DNA of 25,052 bases, taken from contig JAWABM010000010.1 of assembly GCA_038999215.1 (NCBI GenBank), forward strand, positions 1-25,052, read 5' to 3'. Every line of letters begins with the position of its first letter. The first letter of the stretch is position 1. Origin of the DNA: Candidatus Aenigmatarchaeota archaeon (GTDB lineage Archaea; Aenigmatarchaeota; Aenigmatarchaeia; Aenigmatarchaeales; JACQIB01). Shown piece by piece: positions 1-7,621 of the stretch. A program made the position numbers and the translations under genes. Below the pieces are notes generated by a model. It was not told the DNA's origin. It searched no databases and was given only the letters and a program-made list of their open reading frames with translations.

Positions 1-133
1 TCTGCAGCATGGCCTCCCCCCTGGAGCCGTCCGCTTCCACTCTCCCGATAAGCGGATCGAGCTTCTCGAGCCACTTCAGGATTTCCTCAGGCTCTATTCT
101 GTCCTTTCCGGGTTCTTCTTGCCTTTCCGCCAT
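1..133 (-). CDS. 5' part of a gene running off the window edge; possibly DUF357-family protein
   Basis: Manual translation from ATG at 133: MAERQEEPGKDRIEPEEILKWLEKLDPLIGRVEADGSRGEAMLQ, open to the edge. TATA-like TTTAAATC lies ~33 nt upstream. The E-xx-KWL N-terminus and proximity to dph5 suggest DUF357, but the diagnostic C-terminal half is outside the window. Confidence 0.5.
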   Translation of the reverse strand, partial: MAERQEEPGKDRIEPEEILKWLEKLDPLIGRVEADGSRGEAMLQ

Positions 134-172
134 GACGTAATAGAAATGGCTGAAAAAGGATTTAAACCGATG

Positions 173-550
173 TCAGACCATGAACATGCGTCCGGAAACT
201 GGTTTGTACGATTTCAGCAAGTTCATGATTCTGACGAAAGAGCTGTAGGCAGCCGGGGATAGGTGCGCGGGACTATTGCCGTTTTCTTCATGTTGGGAAC
301 GGCGCGGCAGGGGCTCTTCACGCTCGTAGGTGCGCGAATCTTCCGTTTGCATGCTGAAGTTGTCGTCTGCGAAGCATTTTTTGTAATTGTAATGGTGATT
401 GCGCTCGTCTTGTATGTAAGACGGGTCATCATCGCTGAAGTCAAAGGCTGTGTTATAATCCGGCTTGTACTCCCATCCTGGAGGGACCCACTTTCCGATC
501 CCTTCCTGCCAATCATATCGCCATTCCCAATCAGCTGGGACGAATGGCAT
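173..550 (-). CDS. Hypothetical protein with Trp/Tyr-rich N-terminal internal repeat
   Basis: 125-aa ORF co-oriented with its neighbours and filling the gap; FVPADWEWRYDW / WVPPGWEYKPDY repeat; no family recognised. Confidence 0.55.
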   Translation of the reverse strand: MPFVPADWEWRYDWQEGIGKWVPPGWEYKPDYNTAFDFSDDDPSYIQDERNHHYNYKKCFADDNFSMQTEDSRTYEREEPLPRRSQHEENGNSPAHLSPAAYSSFVRIMNLLKSYKPVSGRMFMV

Positions 551-618
551 TTATAAATATATTTGTCGCAGGTTCAGCTTATATTTCACAGACCTCGAAA
601 GCAAGAGTAAAACTCTTT

Positions 619-1059
619 TTACCGTTTCTTTCCGAATATCATATCGAGCACTATGTCCAGCTCGCCCATTTCCTCCAGCTTCTTGAACTCCTTGAGCAGC
701 TCGCCTTCTATGTATCTGTTCCTGCCCGAGACCACCATTATGTAGAACTCCTCGGTCGATATGGTTTTTGGATCCCTGTTTCTCCTCAATATCTCCCTGG
801 CCGCTACTTGTGCCGTATACAGGATGTCGTTCCTAACTTCCTCGTCATAGCCGGTCTTCTTGAGCCTGCTTTCAAGGTTTGTGAGAAACAGCTCCTTGTA
901 AAACTCTCTCTCCGTGCGGCTGCAGCCTTGTATGGCCTCGTAAAAGTCGGGCAAGGAATAGACGGGCCGTATTCTTTGGTTGCTGTTGCTGCTCTTCTGC
1001 ATCAAGTATTCCTTGACGGCGTGCACAAACGCCATATCGATTTTTTCTTCGTCCGTCAT
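619..1059 (-). CDS. Hypothetical protein, charged helical
   Basis: 146-aa ORF with protein-like composition; TATA CTTATAAG begins 30 nt upstream of the ATG. Confidence 0.7.
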   Translation of the reverse strand: MTDEEKIDMAFVHAVKEYLMQKSSNSNQRIRPVYSLPDFYEAIQGCSRTEREFYKELFLTNLESRLKKTGYDEEVRNDILYTAQVAAREILRRNRDPKTISTEEFYIMVVSGRNRYIEGELLKEFKKLEEMGELDIVLDMIFGKKR

Positions 1060-1082
1060 GCCTAAGAATAAGGAAGAAATGC

Positions 1083-1799
1083 TTATAAGCCTTTCAGGAA
1101 CTCCTCCTCTTTGAAGTGCAGCTTGCCCGGGACCGTTATTACGGCCGGCGTGCCCATCTTCATCTTTGCAACCTCCTCGCAGGTGCCGCAGCGCACCTCG
1201 GAGCCGTCCGTTCCGAGCCCTGCCGCAGCCACTATCACGTCCTTGGGTTTCAGAGCCTTCGCCTTCAGCAGGATCTTCAATGCGTCCGCGACGCTCATGT
1301 ACAGCTTCACCTCCGCGTCGAGGTCGAGAAGGAGCAGGGTGTGCAGGCCGGCCTTCTTATTGGTCTTGAGCGCCTCTTTGACCGCCTCCACCTGCCCGCT
1401 GAACGGGATTGTCGCAGTGCGCCCGAATTTGTACAGCTGCAGCCCTGTCTCAGCCACAGCAGAGAATATCGAAGCGTTGTGGATTATGCGCACCGGTACC
1501 TTCTGCTTTTTCGCCTCCAGCACGAGCTCCACGTGCGTCGTGGCAGCCAGCGGATCGCCCGGAACGAAGAGCGCCACGTCCCTATCCTTCACCTTCGCGA
1601 CGAACGCCTCAGAGCCCTCCTCGAGCTCCCTGCGCCTCAATTCCGTCACTTTCCCCACTATTCTTTCCAGACCGGCTAGCGTGCCGAGCCACCTGTTCGT
1701 ATACAGCTCGGCGTAGCGCTCGCATTTCCTGGCTATTTCCGCTCCCTCGAGCGTGAGCCCCCTCTCGTCCCCCAGGCCCAGCCCTATAATATATAGCAT
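1083..1799 (-). CDS. dph5: Diphthine synthase
   Basis: MLYIIGLGL, ELYT, GDPLAATTH, IHNASIFSAV, GLQLYKFGRTATI and GLHTLLLLD motifs. Confidence 0.97.
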   Translation of the reverse strand: MLYIIGLGLGDERGLTLEGAEIARKCERYAELYTNRWLGTLAGLERIVGKVTELRRRELEEGSEAFVAKVKDRDVALFVPGDPLAATTHVELVLEAKKQKVPVRIIHNASIFSAVAETGLQLYKFGRTATIPFSGQVEAVKEALKTNKKAGLHTLLLLDLDAEVKLYMSVADALKILLKAKALKPKDVIVAAAGLGTDGSEVRCGTCEEVAKMKMGTPAVITVPGKLHFKEEEFLKGL

Positions 1800-1821
1800 A
1801 CGTCTATCTCGTGCGCCGAGT

Positions 1822-1831
1822 TATTTAAAAC
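1822..1831. promoter_or_regulatory. Shared bidirectional TATA element for dph5 and tfb
   Basis: TATTTAAAAC reads TTTAAAAC on + (29 nt before ATG 1853) and TTTAAATA on - (30 nt before ATG 1799). Confidence 0.7.
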
Positions 1832-1852
1832 TTGGGCATCCTACCTCTTCTT

Positions 1853-2755
1853 ATGGAAGGCTTCGATAACGTCTGCCCCGAATGCAAGAAGGGCAGGATA
1901 GTGCGCGATTATGAGCGGGCCGAAACCTACTGCGAGGAGTGCGGCGCTGTTTACGATTCCAATCTGCCAGGCGTCGGGTCGGGCAGGAACGACTTCGACG
2001 AGGAGGGCAGGCCCCAATCTCCGGGCGGGCCGGCGCCCAAGTACAAGCTGCACGACAAGGGCCTTTCGACCGACATATCCTACAGCGGCAAGGACGCCCA
2101 AGGCCGCTCGATTGACAAGGGCATGGTCCGCAGGCTGAGGCGCGTGCACTGGCAGACCATAACAGGGGGCGATCGCAGCTTTATAGCCGCGCTGCAGACG
2201 CTTGACAATTACGGCTCAAGGCTTGGCCTTCCCGAGGATTACCGCGAGGAGGCGGCTTATTATCTGAAGGAAACCAGGCACAGGCTGTCTAGGGGCAGGT
2301 CTTTCGAGGACCTGACAGCAGCCATCTATTATCTTGTTTGCATAGGCCGCGGGACGCCCCGCTCGCTCGATTTCGTGTGCAGGAAGTGCAACCGCAACAG
2401 AAAGTTCATTGGCAGGGCCGAGAAGGCGCTGAAAAAAGAGGTGGAGGAATTCAAGGCCCTTCAGGTCCCCGACAGCGAGAGCTACCTGCCCTGGCTCTGC
2501 ACCGACCTGAAGCTGTCCGTCGGCTCCAGGAACGCCGCCAAGAAGGCGCTGAAGGAGATGAAGGACCTTGGCATTTCAACCGGCAGGAATCCTGTCGCTG
2601 TAGCTGCCACCGCAACCTACGTGGGCGCCATAAGCAGCAGGGAGCGCAGGACGCAGAGGGAGGTCTGCAATGCCGCCGACATCACCGAGGTCACCCTGAG
2701 AAACATCATCAGGGAATACGAGGAGAAGAAGGGCGTAAAGGTGAATAGCGAATGA
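1853..2755 (+). CDS. tfb: Transcription initiation factor IIB, divergent
   Basis: Zn ribbon CPEC...CEECG, HDKGLST, RGRS, GRNP and RTQREV...TEVTLRN. Start moved to ATG 1853 on TATA spacing. Confidence 0.95.
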   Translation: MEGFDNVCPECKKGRIVRDYERAETYCEECGAVYDSNLPGVGSGRNDFDEEGRPQSPGGPAPKYKLHDKGLSTDISYSGKDAQGRSIDKGMVRRLRRVHWQTITGGDRSFIAALQTLDNYGSRLGLPEDYREEAAYYLKETRHRLSRGRSFEDLTAAIYYLVCIGRGTPRSLDFVCRKCNRNRKFIGRAEKALKKEVEEFKALQVPDSESYLPWLCTDLKLSVGSRNAAKKALKEMKDLGISTGRNPVAVAATATYVGAISSRERRTQREVCNAADITEVTLRNIIREYEEKKGVKVNSE

Positions 2756-3519
2756 GGATAGCATACGATGTCATCGGCAATCGGAACAAGGCGGTCGCCA
2801 TAATGGATTCCCGGCCCGAGAACGGCGAGAAGGCCGCAGCCAAGGAGATAATGGAGCGCTGCCCAAACGTGAAGTCGGTCCTGATGAAGGGCTCGCCCCG
2901 AGAGGGCGTCTACAGGATATACAGCCTGCGTCTGATAGCAGGCGACAAGGATACGGAGGTAGTCCACCGCGAGCACGGCCTCATTTTCAAGCTCGACCCC
3001 CAGAAGGTCTACTTTTCGCCCCGAGAATCAACCGAACGCCAGAAAATGGCGGTTATGGTCAAACCAAGGGAGCGCGTGCTCGTTATGTTTTCCGGAATAT
3101 CGCCATTCGGCATAGCGATTGCCAAACACCAGCCGACCGCAGAGGTCGTGTGCGTCGAAATCAACAAGGAAGCCCACGATTATGCCGAGCAGAACGTAAG
3201 GCTGAACAGGGCGTACAATGTCAAAAATTACTGCTGGGACGTGCGCGACGCCACCGGCCTCGGGAAATTCGACAGGATACTCATGCCTCTGCCTGAGAGC
3301 GCCGTAAATTTCCTCGACGTCGCCTTTGCCTCGGCAAAGAGAGGAGCCATTATACACCTTTACGGGATTTCCCGCGAAAAGGGCTTCAGGGATCTCAAGA
3401 GCGCAGTTGCGTTGGCCGCGAAGCAGTGCGGCAAAAGGATAAGGATAGTTTCCGCGCATAAAGTCCTGCCCTACGCGCCGTTCACCGTTAAGGCGCGCGT
3501 GGACATCAAGATGCTTTAG
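2752..3519 (+). CDS. trm5: Met-10/Trm5-family tRNA methyltransferase lacking the N-terminal D1 domain
   Basis: YDVIG, HREHG, KVYFSPR..TERQ, MFSGISPF, FDRILMPLP; ATGA overlap with tfb. Confidence 0.85.
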   Translation: MRIAYDVIGNRNKAVAIMDSRPENGEKAAAKEIMERCPNVKSVLMKGSPREGVYRIYSLRLIAGDKDTEVVHREHGLIFKLDPQKVYFSPRESTERQKMAVMVKPRERVLVMFSGISPFGIAIAKHQPTAEVVCVEINKEAHDYAEQNVRLNRAYNVKNYCWDVRDATGLGKFDRILMPLPESAVNFLDVAFASAKRGAIIHLYGISREKGFRDLKSAVALAAKQCGKRIRIVSAHKVLPYAPFTVKARVDIKML

Positions 3520-4617
3520 TCACTCCTCTTCTTGGGCGGCGCCGTTTTCATCGTCGTCCTCGAGCAGAGCTTCTTCCGCTATCCTCAGCCTTGATTCCTG
3601 CGCCTCCTTTGCGGTGAAGACTATCGCCCTGAGCACGTGCGGCTTGAACAGCCCTATGTTGTTCTTTTTTCTCGCATGCTCCATGGGCTCGTAGTTGTTC
3701 AGGAAGTTCGCGAGCCTTGAGGCGTAATAGGCGCCCATCTCATCGTCCAACAGGTTCCTCTTGATGACGTTCGATATCGGCACAAGGAACTTCTGCCTCG
3801 TGCCTGGCATCACGTCGAGCCCGCGCCTGTCGAACAGGCTCTCCACGAAGGCCGTTTCCTCTGGCGACGTGAGCCTCCTGTTTATCATTGCCACTCCGCA
3901 CGAGTCAACTATCACCGCCACGGCCTTCACCGTGTTGTCGTAGAGCATGCCCGCATGCCCGATGAAGGCCTCGTACTCTTTCTTCCCGAGCTTTTCCATC
4001 ATCCATTCATGGTAATGGTACAGTGTCGATTCCATTCCGCCCCTTAGTATGCTCGCTCCCGTCTTGCCTATGTACTTGCAGAACGCCTCGTGCGTGGCGC
4101 TGCGGAACGCCTCGTCCGGCAGAAGGAAGACCGCCTCCGTCCTGCCGCCGAAGAAATCCGAGCCAGGACGGTAGCTGAGCAGCCCGGCCTTCTCGTACTT
4201 TTCCATCATTTCGTCATCCTTGCTGAAGACCGGATAGTACGATATTTTCAGCGGCGCGGCCGGATCGCCGAGCTCCTTCTCTATCCTGAAGTCCTTCAGC
4301 CTTTCTATCTCCTCGTAATTTATCTCGAAGAGCGTCTGCGCGTTGTGGTAGAAGGTCGTGATGCCGCAGTGGCGCCTTCCTTTCTTGTCGGTCCATTCGC
4401 GGAGCTGCACCATCGCGTCACCGTATTTTTCCTGCGTCTCGGGCGACTGCGGCCTTATCCTCAGCGCGTATATTTTTTCGCCGCTGTCATCCTCGTCTTC
4501 GATGTAGTCATTGTCCAAGCAGCCTTTCCATTCCTTAAGCTCCTTTTTTGTAGGCTTCTCGATGCCGTTCTCCTTGAGAAAATGCCTCACTTGGTTTATC
4601 AGCTTCGGGTCTGCCAT
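3520..4617 (-). CDS. Hypothetical protein, 365 aa
   Basis: Long ORF with host-like codon usage; last gene of the 5717-3520 co-oriented run; no family recognised. Confidence 0.85.
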   Translation of the reverse strand: MADPKLINQVRHFLKENGIEKPTKKELKEWKGCLDNDYIEDEDDSGEKIYALRIRPQSPETQEKYGDAMVQLREWTDKKGRRHCGITTFYHNAQTLFEINYEEIERLKDFRIEKELGDPAAPLKISYYPVFSKDDEMMEKYEKAGLLSYRPGSDFFGGRTEAVFLLPDEAFRSATHEAFCKYIGKTGASILRGGMESTLYHYHEWMMEKLGKKEYEAFIGHAGMLYDNTVKAVAVIVDSCGVAMINRRLTSPEETAFVESLFDRRGLDVMPGTRQKFLVPISNVIKRNLLDDEMGAYYASRLANFLNNYEPMEHARKKNNIGLFKPHVLRAIVFTAKEAQESRLRIAEEALLEDDDENGAAQEEE

Positions 4618-4641
4618 GGGAATCCCTGCCTGGTCGGGGCT

Positions 4642-4803
4642 TCAATCGAAGTCGTCGAGCAGCGCCTGCCTCGGTATCGGCGTGGCGCTGTAGCCCGGGT
4701 CGCAGCCCATGGCCGCATAGACCTGCGTCCAGCTGTTCATCGGCGGCTCTTCAGCCGGCCAATAATAGTCGTACGCAGCCTTCTTCGCTTCGGCATTGTT
4801 CAT
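4642..4803 (-). CDS. Small hypothetical protein (53 aa, MNNAEAKKAAYDYYW...LLDDFD)
   Basis: C-terminal part of ORF 4642..5166. Strong Shine-Dalgarno AGGTGATC overlaps the upstream stop just before ATGATG (4806/4803). Confidence 0.65.
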   Translation of the reverse strand: MNNAEAKKAAYDYYWPAEEPPMNSWTQVYAAMGCDPGYSATPIPRQALLDDFD

Positions 4804-4808
4804 CATGA

Positions 4809-5036
4809 TCACCTTATGTTGTACTTCCTCTCCATGTCCTCGACCTTGGCGTTTATCCAGTCGAGGTCCAGGTTGCCGTCCCTGATGTACTGCTGGTAGG
4901 CCTTGCTCAGGTACATCCTCGCGGTCGTCTGGTTGCCGCCCTCGGCCGCCTGCTTCGCCTTCTGCAGGTAGGCGAGCGTCACCCTTCTGTTGCCCACGAA
5001 CCTTCTGAAGTGCATCGGCACGGTGTCGGCTGTCAT
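4809..5036 (-). CDS. Small hypothetical helical protein (75 aa)
   Basis: ATG directly follows the protease TGA; host-like codon usage. Confidence 0.75.
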   Translation of the reverse strand: MTADTVPMHFRRFVGNRRVTLAYLQKAKQAAEGGNQTTARMYLSKAYQQYIRDGNLDLDWINAKVEDMERKYNIR

Positions 5037-5717
5037 TCAGTCCGCCCTCCTGACGTACTCCCTTATGTCCTCCTTGCAATCGGAGCAGTACGGCTCGCCC
5101 TTCTCGAGCCTCTCCTTGGTGTGCTGCACGAACTCGGAAACGCTCATGCCCTGCTGCATCGAGCACCCGTACTCGTCGCAGTGCCTGCCGAGCTTCTGCA
5201 CGACATTCCTCCTGCTCCCGTCAGGCGCGCCGAACACGTGCCCGATTTCATGGTAAGCGAGCGTTTTCACGACCTTCTGCCTGAACTCCTCTGGCCTTAT
5301 CGTGCTGAATCTTTTAAGGGATATCACTGTGCCGATGCCCCTGCTGGCCCCGCCGAGCACGAAGTTCGTCCCCCAATCCTCGCTGGTGATATCGCTCCCT
5401 AGGACGGCGAAATCGTAATGGTCCTGCGCTTTTCTCCACGGCTCCAGCCCGAACAGGTCGTTTATCTTCGAGGCGTCCACCTGCCTGCCGAAGCCCTTGT
5501 CTTTTTCGAGAAGGCATTCCTGAACGTACCAGTCCACGGAGTTCCATCTTGTCAGCTTTCCGTCGGCATCCCTCCAGTTGGGCTGCCTCCAGACGCCGAA
5601 GTCCTTTATGACCGCGCTGCCGCCGCTGATTTTCAGGATATCACGGGCTGCGTCCATCACGGCGTCATAGTCCTCTTTCGGCACGTCCGCGGACCTTATG
5701 AAGTATATTGGCAACAT
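5037..5717 (-). CDS. Archaemetzincin-like (M54-related) zinc metalloprotease
   Basis: HEIGHVFG zinc motif, then HCDEYGCSM (Met-turn) and YCSDC; D-I-T...NFVLG upstream. Start is ATG 5717 or GTG 5726. Confidence 0.85.
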   Translation of the reverse strand: MLPIYFIRSADVPKEDYDAVMDAARDILKISGGSAVIKDFGVWRQPNWRDADGKLTRWNSVDWYVQECLLEKDKGFGRQVDASKINDLFGLEPWRKAQDHYDFAVLGSDITSEDWGTNFVLGGASRGIGTVISLKRFSTIRPEEFRQKVVKTLAYHEIGHVFGAPDGSRRNVVQKLGRHCDEYGCSMQQGMSVSEFVQHTKERLEKGEPYCSDCKEDIREYVRRAD

Positions 5718-5720
5718 ATT

Positions 5721-5758
5721 TGCCACTAAATAATAGTTACTATTAGGTAGTATATAAA
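5721..5758 (-). promoter_or_regulatory. TATA box plus conserved operator-like element, copy A
   Basis: Minus strand TTTATATACTACCTAATAGTAACTATTATTTAGTGGCA; similar elements at four other promoters. Confidence 0.75.
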
Positions 5759-5767
5759 CGTGCCGTT

Positions 5768-6298
5768 TCAGCCCTCTGCCGGTGCCCGCCTGGAGCGGCA
5801 GGCGAAGCCCTTTACTATTGGCAGCGCATCGTAGACCGAGAGCGACCTGTCGGTCAGGTCTTCATCTATGAACGGTGATATCCCTACCGCCCTTGCCGCA
5901 TGCTGCGCCTTCCTGACGCAGTCCCCGGAATGGAAGCCGCCTATTATCCTCGGGTTCGAGAACTGGACTATCTTCAGGAACTCCTCGTAGGCCGCGCCAT
6001 GTTCGTGGTCGCTGTCAAAGACCGTGATGTTGAACGGGAGCAGCACGTCGCCCGGTTTGGGCGTTATCTCCTTGGATATCTGGTCCTTCAGTATCGCGCC
6101 GTACTGCGAGAAGACCGCGTGGTATATCTTGAAGCCGCCGGCCCTGTAGTTCTCCAGCCTCTCGTTTATCTTGCTGATTTCGTAGGCCGTCGTTGCGGGC
6201 AGGCCCTCGTACTTCTTCAGCGAGGACGCCGCCTCGGCCAGCGCCCGGAACTCCTTCACGTATTTCTCCTGCGGGAACAGGAAGAGCAGGTTCGCCAT
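5768..6298 (-). CDS. Hypothetical protein, weakly cysteine-hydrolase/isochorismatase-like
   Basis: IIGGFHSGDCVRK...IDEDLTD resembles the C-terminal catalytic-Cys segment of that fold; TATA CTTAAATC 29 nt upstream. The function call is tentative. Confidence 0.65.
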   Translation of the reverse strand: MANLLFLFPQEKYVKEFRALAEAASSLKKYEGLPATTAYEISKINERLENYRAGGFKIYHAVFSQYGAILKDQISKEITPKPGDVLLPFNITVFDSDHEHGAAYEEFLKIVQFSNPRIIGGFHSGDCVRKAQHAARAVGISPFIDEDLTDRSLSVYDALPIVKGFACRSRRAPAEG

Positions 6299-6322
6299 GC
6301 CAGAAGAGGCACGGTCACGGAT

Positions 6323-7120
6323 TTAAGCCTTGCGCAGATCGAGCACATAATGGCTTATCCCCGGCGCATAGCCCTTTACCCTGCGGACCGCCAGCAGCTT
6401 CGTCCCTTTGGGCGCCTTTTTCGCCGAAGCGTCCTTCAGAAGGCAGTGGCAGTGTATCACCGCCCCTTTCTTCGCCATGCGCAGGGCAGCGGGCAGGAAC
6501 TTCTCCGTGCCCCATAAGTAGCCCATTATCACGCGGTCGGCCGCGCCCTCGAGCCGGCGGGCGAAGCGCCTGCAATCGCCTTTGAGGACCTCGACATTCC
6601 TCAGGCCGTTGCCTGCGACGTTCATCTTCAGGTATTTTATTGCAGCTGGATTGATATCGATAGCATAGATTTTCTTGACTTTCGCATGCTTTGCCAGCGG
6701 TATCGACCAATAGCCGATTCCCGCGAACATGTCGACCACGGTCTCGCCCGGCTTCGCCGCGGCAGCCAGGCGTATTTTTTCGGCCTTGTTGCCCTGCGAC
6801 CACATTATCTTCCGCACGTCCAGTAGGAACGAGCAACCGTGCTCCCTGTGCAGCGTTTCGCTGCAGCGCTTGCCGGCGAGCCATTCTACCTTCGGTGTCC
6901 GCACGGCGTCGCTTATCCCTTTCTGCAGGTACGCCGAATCCAGGTATGGCAGCAGCTCCAGGCAGGCCTTGCCGATCAGCTTGCGCTTCCTGTACAGGCC
7001 GGGCCTGAGCTTGATCAGCAGGATTTTCCCTATTATCTGGTAGCCCGACGGGAGCAGCGCCAGCTCCTTCTCGAAAAGCCGCCCTTTGAGTTTCAGCCGC
7101 AACTTCGCTCCGAAATTCAT
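6323..7120 (-). CDS. taw2: Taw2/TYW2-like tRNA(Phe) wyosine aminocarboxypropyltransferase (Met-10 family)
   Basis: YQIIG, HREHGC, MWSQGNKAEK, DMFAGIGYW, ADRVIMGY, IHCH. The GN..E and MGY motifs distinguish Taw2 from Trm5. Confidence 0.82.
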   Translation of the reverse strand: MNFGAKLRLKLKGRLFEKELALLPSGYQIIGKILLIKLRPGLYRKRKLIGKACLELLPYLDSAYLQKGISDAVRTPKVEWLAGKRCSETLHREHGCSFLLDVRKIMWSQGNKAEKIRLAAAAKPGETVVDMFAGIGYWSIPLAKHAKVKKIYAIDINPAAIKYLKMNVAGNGLRNVEVLKGDCRRFARRLEGAADRVIMGYLWGTEKFLPAALRMAKKGAVIHCHCLLKDASAKKAPKGTKLLAVRRVKGYAPGISHYVLDLRKA

Positions 7121-7190
7121 CGCAAATCCCTTATAATTTGTAGCGCCCGCGATAAATTATAGCTTTGCGTATAACACCTGCTTGGCGCAA

Positions 7191-7239
7191 GAGAAGAAAA
7201 AAAAGAAAGGGGGCCGGATTTCCCAGGACTTCAACGGCC
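7191..7239 (-). terminator. Stem-loop plus oligo-T terminator after the small membrane protein gene
   Basis: Minus strand GGCCG...CGGCC stem followed by CCCTTTCTTTTTTTTCTTCTC, directly after the TAA at 7241. Confidence 0.6.
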
Positions 7240-7240
7240 T

Positions 7241-7513
7241 TTATGCGAACGTTGATTTCACGATCAATAGCGTTCCTATCAACGCCAAAACGAGCCCTAT
7301 GACGTTGAACAGCGCTGTTCCCCAGACGAGCGTCGAGGACGCCACGCCGAATGCGCTAAGGTCGACCGTGAATGTCTCGGCGAGCAGCAGCGATACGCCG
7401 GCTGTTCCGAGCATCCCGAAACCTTGCGCAGACTTCTGCCTCATTTTCGCGTATTCCGCGAGGACAGGGGCTATCAGCAGCGCCAATCCAAGCCATACCA
7501 TGTCTGCTACCAC
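7241..7513 (-). CDS. Small membrane protein, about 3 TM helices
   Basis: Three hydrophobic segments; SD AGGTGA 5 nt before GTG 7513 (alternative ATG 7501); own TATA at 7593-7586 and own terminator. Confidence 0.8.
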   Translation of the reverse strand: MVADMVWLGLALLIAPVLAEYAKMRQKSAQGFGMLGTAGVSLLLAETFTVDLSAFGVASSTLVWGTALFNVIGLVLALIGTLLIVKSTFA

Positions 7514-7621
7514 TTTTTTCACCTAATAAGGGTTTTCTCCGCACCCCTAATAAAGGCTCTTTCTCGTTACTACGGAATAGAAATGCTTATAAGGCACCAT
7601 AGGATTAGGCGATTGCCGAAG

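Noticed and set aside
5034..5039. In-frame TGA-ATG between the protease and the 75-aa ORF as possible readthrough or selenocysteine
   Set aside because: The protease domain is complete before the stop, TGA is a normal stop elsewhere in the window, and no SECIS-like element was seen.
4807..5166. N-terminal extension of ORF 4642..5166
   Set aside because: Overlaps two better genes in another frame; the SD supports a start at 4803/4806.
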